This document shows, one piece after another, positions 51,351 through 60,000 of a DNA stretch of 60,000 bases (position 1 is the first letter of the stretch; each line of letters opens with the position of its first letter). This DNA comes from Botryllus schlosseri (Eukaryota). Both the position numbers and the translations under genes were made by a program. The notes under the pieces were generated by a model. That model was not told the origin of the DNA, ran no database searches, and was given only the letters and a program-made list of their open reading frames with translations. The DNA is taken from contig CM119372.1 in NCBI GenBank assembly GCA_051294905.1, forward strand, positions 30,506,001-30,566,000, read 5' to 3'.

Positions 51351-52423
51351 TTGATTTTCTATTTGCACAATACATTCGTTCGCTATTTCTTGTCTTTATG
51401 ATTTTTGGCCTTATTAACGTTGAGACGGGGAGGCTGCATGAGACGCAGCATATTGTTTTTATTGACAAGGTTGCTTGAACATGAATATATGTCAAAATTT
51501 GCTGCGGTCTACTTAGGGGAGGGGGCGGCATTTTAGGCGAGAGCCAGGGGCGGTAGCACATGCTGCTACGCCAGTGTATACCAATACCGAGAATATACAA
51601 CCCCGAGAATGGTCATTACCTAGAATCAGTGTCAAGAATCCAACTTACTGGGACGGACGCTGTCGAGAATTTCATACCCAAGAATTGACAGCGAATGTGG
51701 CAACGCCGTGATGCACATTGCACATGACCTCTTCATATGCATAACATGTTTTCATTGCATTCTCGGCAATGTCCCACTTTTGTCAACTCTGCTCGAGCGA
51801 TAATGAATATGGCTCCCATTCATAACATCGTAATTTTCCTCAGCCCTAACAGTTTTGGCCCTATTTTCCAAGTATCAGGACTGTTAGACGAAATTCCAAT
51901 AGTGAGGTGACTTCACTATTCTTCGAAGTTAATGTAATGTCAGTATGTATGATGTTATTTAAAAAAAAAGTCAGCTTGTTGCCGTTTGTCACTAGCCTAC
52001 AGTAAATACTTGCTCAGAACAGAGCACGGTCGCAGGATAAATTGAGCTAAATTTGAACTAAAACTTGAGGAGTACGTGGCGACAAAAGGGTTGAGAACCA
52101 CTGGACTAGGGAACTTGCCGATACCAGAAGTCTCTTGTTACTCTGTCTGCAGAGTTCCGTTCCCAACCGTTGTTGGCGAAATCTCGAATAGAGAACCTAT
52201 ACCAAATGTTCCCTCAAATTTTTCACGAGACTCAGCGCCACAGCAACCCACTGCGCGGTCCCTTGGCCAACAGTGCGTAACGACGAAAAAAGGTCACGAC
52301 TTTGATTGAACTGCCGAAATACCCACTTTTCTCGTTAATTTTGTGGTGTTGACTAAAAAAAACGTCATCACTTCGGTTTTTTTGTGCGCGCTACACATTT
52401 TTCTGTGCGTGCAGTCTTTAAAA

Positions 52424-52764
52424 CAGTGGTTCCCAACCTTTTCCGACTCATCGCTCCCCTTATCAATCTCGACACAAATTTTCGCCACCCCCCTCATATT
52501 TGCGAATCCGAAAAAGAGGCATATAATCGGGAAATTTATTCACCTAACTATGATCTCTGGTGAATTTTCCGAAAAGAAGGATATTTTCCGAGATGGTAGG
52601 TGCTCGGAAAATCGGTTTTCGCGTCGTACACAGAATAAAACGTCTTCTAGTGCATTTTTGGCCTTGTGTTAAATAAATATATATTTCACTGGGCGTTCCA
52701 ACATTTTCGCCCCCAGTCGCCAACTTTCTCATTTTCTCAAAATCACCCACGTTGGGTACCGCTG
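52424..52764. mobile_element. hAT-type MITE just downstream of the TSC2 stop codon
   Basis: CAGTGGTTCCCAAC / GTTGGGTACCGCTG; TSD CTTTAAAA / CTTTAGAA. Confidence 0.8.
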
Positions 52765-52889
52765 CTTTAGAAGCAGTACACGCGCGCCTATACCTCTTTG
52801 TATACCATCAGAAACAACGCACATACGCAATAGTTTATTTCACAAAAACAGACCAAGCAGTCACAAACAGAATATCACTGGCGGAACGC

Positions 52890-55800
52890 CTATCGCACAT
52901 AATCGGAAAACTCTTCCAGCTTCGCGCAGTCGTCTGCACGCTTCGCCACCTGGCGCCCGTCGCGAGACTTCGCCGTCGCATCACGCTCGAGCTCCTGCAT
53001 CGCACGGTTTCTGATGCGTTTGATCTGCTTCAGCCTGGCGAGCGCTTTCGAAGAGTATTCATCTGACACTGCGCCTTCTCCCACGCTGACGTAGGCCGCC
53101 ATGCAGGCGTGCAGTGCGAGCTGACGCACAAAGACTGGCAAGTGCTTGTCGGATAGGAGCCACGGGCCGCTGTTTGAACCCATCGCTTTTTCCACGGGGT
53201 CTTTGTGGAAAACGTAGCGAACGTGGTTTGTGCGTTTGTCCAGCGGGGTGATTACGAGTTCGGCGCTGCGAAACTGGCCTTGTATGGTGCAGCCGGGCAC
53301 GTAGCTGTTAAAATGGTTTAGGTAGTCAGCGTTGCCACTCAAGTAGAAGTAACGTCAACTATTTAGGCGCAAGTAGAAGTAGCAATTTTCAAGACATAAA
53401 ACTACTTAAAAGTACAAAATGAAGACATGAAAATATACCCGAGCAGCTAGTTGCCAAAAGTAGATTTGCCCGAGGGCTCGAATACTTATATGGTTGCTTT
53501 CAAAAATATGAGATAGATCTTTGCCGGGTTGTAATGACTCAGTCCGACTCGACTCGAGTCAATTTTTTTTTATTGACTGCACTTCTGCTCGAGTCATCGT
53601 GCATGACTTGAGACTAGGTCGGCCAAGACAGATATCTCATTGCAGCTTCGAAGAATAGTTAAGTTACCACATTATTGGATTTAGTCTATCTGTCCTGATA
53701 TTTGGAAAATAGGGCCAAAAGCTGTTAAGACTGAAGAAAATTATGATATCACCAATGCAAGTCATTCTAAAAAAGTGAAAAAAGTGAGTTGAGCCGGATT
53801 GAACTCAAAACAGAACAGTGAACACAGTGACTCGGACTCGAGCCTCTACCAGCTGACTTGGGCTCGGACTTGACTCGGTGGTGAATTGAAAATGACCCGA
53901 CTTGACTCGAGTCAAAACTAGAAAAGTGAGGTTGACTTTTGACTAGGAACCTTGTGACTTGGTAATAACCCTGAATCTCTGCGACTAACACAAAATGATA
54001 ATTCACACTACGAAGAGGTGTTACGAAAACGTGATACAGATGTTCTTTCGCCAAGATTTCATGACCCGATCACTCATAAAAACTATGAAAGCGGATTACA
54101 ATACTACTTTCTACTATACAGAACATGAAGCGTGAAAAGTAAGTCATCTTGCCTAAAACAGCTGTTTCGATAGAAGTGGAAGTAGTCTATTACTCAAATG
54201 TGGTCAGAGTCGTCTGTGATGCTACTGGAGTGGAAGCAACCCCATAAATTTCTACTCAAACACAAGCCAAAGCAGTGATTTTCAACACACGCCATCGTAA
54301 TTTCAAGTGAAAGTAGAAAAAGAAGGTGTGAAAAGTACTTGAGCGGTTTCAGATCGTAGATTTGATAAAGGGGTCGGACACTTTCAGCAATTAATCAGTT
54401 GGCCAGGGCTGTAACCAAGTCACACGGTTCCGAGTCAAAGTCAATCTCCCGTTTATAGTTTTGATTCGAGTCATTTTCGATTCATCACCGAGTCAAGTCC
54501 GAGTCCAAGTCCATGAGCAGAGGGTCGAGTCCGACTCATAGTGTTATGACTTGAGTCCGAGCCCAAGACATTGTGTTGACTGTTTAGTTACGAGTTAAAA
54601 TCTAGTCAAGCCCACATTTTACAACTCTGCTTGGTGATGTTGAATGCGTCATATATATAATATCCTAATTCTCCTCACTTTCAACAGCTTCTGGTCGCAT
54701 TTTCTAGTAGCAGTACTAATAAACGAAATACCGAGCGTGTGCTAACTTTACTATTCGTCGCCATTACAATGAAGTGTCCGTCTTGACCGTCGGACTTGGT
54801 CCGAGTCATGCGCAATGACTCGAGTTCAAGTCAATGCACGGATTGACTCAAGTCGAGTCACCAAAAATTTGTGAGACGAGCCATGACTCGAGTCATCACA
54901 ACCCTGCAGTTGGCCGCTTTCAAAATTGCAAGATCCATCTTCGTGACTAACGTGTGATGCAAATTGGTGCGATTCCCTACAATGTCTTCAGTTGTTGCCA
55001 CTTTACCCAGAGACTGCCGTCTACTTTTTAAAAAGTGATAAATGTTAGTAGTTTTGTCCACAAAACTATCAGGTAGATGTGTAAATGTTCATAAATCACA
55101 AATATACGAGCCACTGTAAGTAGGTAAACATGTTCAGCACTTCAAAAAAGCAGTAATTCGTTCCTAACCACCTTTAATAACACTTCACCCTTACCTCCCG
55201 TTATCATCATCGTAAGCGATCATGACATAATCGTTGCCGATGTGTCGTTTCTTGAAAGCCAGATCCGCTCTCTTCGGCATGAGAGTAGTGACGTGAAACA
55301 CCATCTGCAAGACGTCCTCCTTCCAGACGTACGCGAAATCCCCGTCTTCGCCCTTCGTGTCCAAACCGCCCAGGAAAGTGCTGACAGGATCGCAGTCGCG
55401 CAACGATACCAGCTCGCCGAGCCCTTTCAGAAATTCCTTCAAAAAAGACGGACGGCCGCGATGTTAGCAGTGCTCGAGTGAAATTCAGTGTGGAGACTGG
55501 AATTTGCGGCCTGTTCAGTGTTGTGTTGACCTCTCAGGCAGAATTTGAAATGTTTATGCAGTGCACAGTATGTGAGATGAAGTTCTGTGAACCGGAATAA
55601 AGTAATATAATTGAATAGTATGTTCATATTGAAATGAAGCCGAATATTTTCGGCTGACACTCATCAGCAACTAGTAGATAATTAGAAAGGACATTGTATA
55701 TCAACAATCGTATCAAACATCTGTGGGGTGATCCCGCTCGTGCAAAAAAATATCGAGACGATAGATTTCGCGTCGTTGGGAGGGGCTTTTCACACTTTCA

Positions 55801-58800
55801 TTTGTGCGCCTTTTAGCAAAATACACCAGCCAAGGCTGTGTCAACAAAAGGCGTTTGTGTACCTTCTAAAATAGTACATTGCACGCTCTCTTATCCATGC
55901 TGGTGACGTCATATTTTGTGATACGATTGTTGATACGCAATGTTCTTTCCAATTCTCTACTAGTTGCTGACGATTGCCCCTGACGAGTGTCAGCCGAAAA
56001 TATTCGGGTTCATTTCAATATGAATATACTATCCAGTTGTATATTGAAGTTCTGTACCTCCAAGAAGCTCTTCAACTAAGTAATAATTACTTTCATCTGA
56101 TTAGTTCCGTTGCACAGTAGATTGTTAACTTATTATTACCATGTCATTCTATTCTGTTCTGCTGTTGGTTAACTTTGCACTAATAAATCGACAGTCACTT
56201 GCGACAATGCAATAATCAGTTAATGACAAGTTTGGCCTTTAATAAAAATTACAATGACCGTTTGGAAGGTTCAAAACTTGACAACTGCGTGCATTACTAC
56301 ATTGGAGGTGAAGTTAAATTTAGTACAGTATGTAACCTAGTTTTACAGCTGCCATTGCTCAGTGGTGCGGTGACACCTTTGTTGTTGCAAACCTGGAGTC
56401 TTGGGTTCGATCACCGATGGTCATCTCCCGAGGTGGTCAGTAACGAAACATCTACCTTTACAGACACGACAACGACTCTGATTAATAAGTCAGCTGGTTA
56501 TGTTTTAATCTCGCTTCTACTTGACAAGTTTTTCGGCAAAACTACTGAAATTTTACATGTTGTATGTTGTAAAGCAGTGAGAGCCTTGGGATATGTTTGC
56601 ATCGCTTTTATGAGCGAAATTGTCATGACAACTTGGCGAGAAGGCCCCTGTATCATGATAACTGAATATACTTTCAAAAATTGGACCTATTTGCAGGGTT
56701 AGTAATTATTTTGCACCAGCCAGTTCCATCATTTATACCTCAACTAGACATTCATTGGATATTGCTACGTCATAATTAGCAATACCGATTGTTATTGATC
56801 AAGGTTCTGTACTGGACACTGTGCAAAGCGCGTTCTAATGTAAATCTCACTTGATATCTTGGGGATCCACCCTCGTTACCAAGGATGACGTCTCCGTTTG
56901 CCCCATCACCCGGTCCGATGTATATTACCCCTGTTGACCAGGTGTCGTAGGTAGGTATTCGATCCAAGACTTGCACGCTGCGTTCGATAGCTGGTGTGTT
57001 GGGCAGGAGAATCGGTCTGAACAAATGCAACCTTAGTATTTCTTATTTACTATGACATATTTTTTTTTATTTGGTGACAAATAATTGTAATTTTAGTAAA
57101 CAAATACAGTGACTAGATATTTCTTAGCATCTTCCAAGACAATTTTGTGTCACAAATGCTAATCGGCGATTGCAATATTTCGCATATAACACAAAGTTGA
57201 CCAGATATCAACTTTTCTGATTCCAGTTCCAGATCTGAGCCAAAATCCGAGCTCAAATGCTAATCTTGAATTCATGCTGACATACCATTACCGAATCTAA
57301 GCCAATTTCATGATCAGGCACGGAAATAACCTGATCCAAATTAAAACCTGTGGTTACAAGAATCATTGAACTGTTTGCGTACGGAAGAGATCGAGCGCGG
57401 ACTTTGCATTGGAAAATGTTGAATCTGAAGAGTTAGGTCCAATTCAGCTCAGGTTTATGTTTACGATTTTTGTAGCATTAGATTTAGATTCAGACAATGA
57501 GCGTCTAAGAAATAAAGCAGCTAACTCGAGTTTGCACACAATATGACTCCAATCCATGTCACCATTTCATACACAACTCCCGACAAACAGAAAGTAGAAA
57601 CCAGGGTTGTAATGACTCGAGTTCTGACTCGCGTCACGATTTTCTAGTGACCCGTCTTGACTCGAGTCATTTTCTCAAAATTCAGAAATGACTTGACTCG
57701 AGTCAATCTGTGTCTTGGCTCGACTTGGACTCGCGTCATTGCGTGTGACTCGAACCAAGTCATATGACTCGAGACTCTGACGGCCAAGACCGGTATTTCA
57801 TTGTAATTTCGAGGAATAGTAAAGTAACCACACCATTGGGATTTTGTCTATTGGTACTGGTACTTGAAAATGCGACCAGAAACTACTAAAAGTAAGGAAA
57901 ATTACTATATCATAAATGCGAATCATTCGATATCACCAAACAGAGTTATAAAAAGTGGGTTTAACAAGGCTCTAACTGGAAACTGAGCAGTCAACACAAT
58001 GACTTGGACTTGGACTCGAGTCATGATAAATGACTCGACTTGACTTGTGACTTGGTTACAACCCCAGTAGAAACCCACCTGTGTATCGATTCCGTGCACC
58101 AAGCCGACTGAAACAGCTGCAGAAACACATGGCTCGGACTAGCAAAGTCGCCGCCCGTCCCAAAAGCGGTCCGCCCGCCAAACGCAGCCTTTTCCGCCTG
58201 CCCCCGCGTCCTCAAAGTGCTCCCGGCCCTCGTGTCCCGAAACTGTACCGACTTCGCATCAGCCCGCTGGTAACGTTGCCGTTCCGCCCTCTCGCGTGCC
58301 GCAGAAGCCGCCGTCTCCAATTCGCAGTCCTTTGACGTGGACAGCGTGTGGCTCCTGGACCTGATCTGCGGCTCGAGCGAAGATATTTTCGGCGGCGTCG
58401 AAGGCGACTTTGAGAAAATAGAGTCGGAAATGTACGAGTTTGGAGGCGACGGGATGTTTTGGTTCGAAGATGTGGACGAGTCCGCTGCGCACGAGGATGA
58501 GCTGAAATGGAAGAGCACAATTAACGGAAATGATTTGGGTTTGATATCCAACTTTGAAAATTTTGATTTGAATTTCAAAAAACGACGCAGAACCGCTGTT
58601 GGCTATGGTAGCGTTGGTATTCATGGTGTTTGCAAATCCATGGTACAACACAGCCTTCTTTTCGTTTCAGGCTGATGTAAGACACCGCTTGCGGCGGGAT
58701 TTCCTGACTAACGTCCGCAGACTTGTTTTAAGGGGATCAATGACAATTCAATGAAAATCTTAATATATTCATTTCAAGGTCATGGTAATGGTGCGATGGA

Positions 58801-59973
58801 GTCATTATGAAAACACAAACGTGTTACTGCAAGAGCGTAGTTCTCAATCGCAGGGAGGAATATTTTGAGATTACCATTGAGTAATTTGAAAAAGCATCAA
58901 GTCTGCAGAAAAGGTTGCTTTTACTTGTCTTATTATTGTATTATATTCAATCAAAATTGACACACTCGCTGCATTTATTGTACTTCAAGCATTTAGGCCA
59001 GCGATACTCAATTGGAGGACCGCGGTCTGAATGCAGTCCCTTGAACTGTTGAATTTGGACCACGGCTCTTATCTGTTTTAGTATCTATAAGTCAAATATT
59101 AGGATCTGCTAGACAGGCAAGTGTGTTGACCCACATTTTTTGCCACCACCAAAAGCATATGGTAAATTTGAAAATTGAAGATTTATAATTAATTGTCATG
59201 CAGTTGCGTTCTCGATCTCAACTAGGGACTGTAATCGAAAGTCATTTGAGTTTCGGCTCACTTGAAATTATGCACAGAATTATCCACGAGTAGATTGCGC
59301 AGATTTGACAGGCAGACGGTAGAATTTACGCTCCAACTTAAGTCATTACCACGTGTAGCCTACAGAAAGCTATTTCAGAGTTATGCATATAGACCTTTTC
59401 TAAATATCATTGAGTACCCCGCTGTTTTGCACTGATTTTCACGGCAAGAGTCAGTGTGCAGTAAGCCAAATCCAAAATAGAATAGCGAAAAACAGAGCTC
59501 CGTCCTTGTGATGTAATTGCGAGAGTTCACAATTAACAGCAACGACTAAAAATTCAATAATCACAATTCTGCTTAATCGGCCAGAATAAAAAATTTCAAA
59601 CCTCAAATCTTCGGAAGTTTCGCTGCTCTGTCTTTCCCGGTCCTAAATTGAAACGGATGTGACATTGAGATATAAACGAAAAATTGAAATTGCCGAAGAC
59701 AAGTCACTTTTTCTGGCGAGCTTAGAGCCACCGAGATCTCTTTCAACGTCGCTTGTATGTTCAACGCGTTTTCCGCGTACGTACTCTCGCCGTCCTGCAC
59801 GTTTTGAATCCTCATCGACCACGCGCAGTTTCCGTTCGGCCGTCGGATGTAGATTTCAGCCCAGCCGCCCGTGAGCCATTGCTCCAAGTCGGGATTGCTT
59901 TGTTCAACGTCGGCCGGCATGCTTTCGGGGTGGTCTGAACGTTTCATTCGCGTCACAATACAGTTTTGGTAAT
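52890..59973 (-). CDS. TSC2: Tuberin (Rap/Rheb-GAP domain), 3' coding exons; the gene continues beyond the window
   Basis: Phase-consistent exons 59973-59708, 59642-59602, 58501-58079, 57016-56851, 55436-55195 and 53304-52890. Motifs GWAEIYIRRPNGN, SPSHVFLQLF, PILLP..ERSVQVLDRIPTYDT, VFHVTTLMP and KKRHIGND (Asn thumb) match tuberin. Confidence 0.95.
53524..53973. mobile_element. GACTCGAGTC-rich hAT MITE (TSC2 intron)
   Basis: CCGGGTTGTAATGACTC...ATAACCCTG; degenerate TSD GATCTTTG / AATCTCTG. Confidence 0.75.
54404..54906. mobile_element. GACTCGAGTC-rich hAT MITE (TSC2 intron), opposite orientation
   Basis: CAGGGCTGTAAC...CACAACCCTG; TSD CAGTTGGC on both sides. Confidence 0.85.
55600..56045. 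repeat. Fold-back MITE-like repeat (inverted arms ~55600-55717 and ~55917-56045)
   Basis: CATATTGAAATGAAGCCGAATATTTTCGGCTGACACTC versus GAGTGTCAGCCGAAAATATTCGGGTTCATTTCAATATG. Related sequence lies at ~29065-29390. Confidence 0.7.
57602..58066. mobile_element. GACTCGAGTC-rich hAT MITE (TSC2 intron)
   Basis: CAGGGTTGTAA...TTACAACCCCA; TSD GTAGAAAC at 57594-57601 and 58067-58074. Confidence 0.88.
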
Positions 59974-60000
59974 CTGTGCACGTAAAATCCCAAGCACTAT

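Larger units (their letters stand above)
47474..51576 (+). mobile_element. Deleted hAT transposon (Tip100/ZMYM1-like transposase remnant) with nested insertions
   Basis: TIR CAGTGGCGTAGCAGC / GCTGCTACGCCAGTG; TSD TATACCAA at 47466-47473 and 51577-51584. Confidence 0.9.

Noticed and set aside
55975..56005. Hammerhead-like CTGACGAG...CGAAA
   Set aside because: No convincing stems I/II; it is explained as an arm of the fold-back repeat at 55600-56045.
56199..56702. 167-aa plus-strand ORF, and similar ORFs at 28574-29086, 52752-53066 and 58337-58675
   Set aside because: They are intronic, repeat-spanning or antisense to TSC2 exons, with no recognisable domain.

Overview
Eukaryotic, invertebrate-type genomic DNA with spliceosomal introns and a very high density of hAT-type MITEs. 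A tunicate or other marine invertebrate is plausible but is only an inference. Host genes: the 3' six coding exons of a TSC2 (tuberin) orthologue on the minus strand (52890-59973); an intronless BTB/BACK-like, coiled-coil, C-terminally hydrophobic gene (40881-43862) split by a very young 838-bp MITE, with a degraded paralogue at ~32836-33980; and a spliced DUF4806/BEN-like gene (5111-7754) that is probably transposon-associated. A 177-bp satellite with a 531-bp three-monomer higher-order repeat lies at ~1210-3570. The rest is mostly nested hAT MITEs with 8-bp TSDs, CR1/L2-clade LINE fragments and a tRNA-derived SINE. The standout feature is a 14,043-bp insertion (10271-24313) with Polinton/Maverick-type ends: AGTAGT termini, a perfect 36-bp terminal inverted repeat and a 6-bp TSD (CCAACT), with an empty-site control in the window. 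It encodes no recognisable Polinton protein. Instead almost the whole element is one giant imperfect palindrome of two ~6.3-6.9-kb arms around a 901-bp spacer, and arm identity is highest next to the spacer. All alignments were done by eye, so identities are qualitative.
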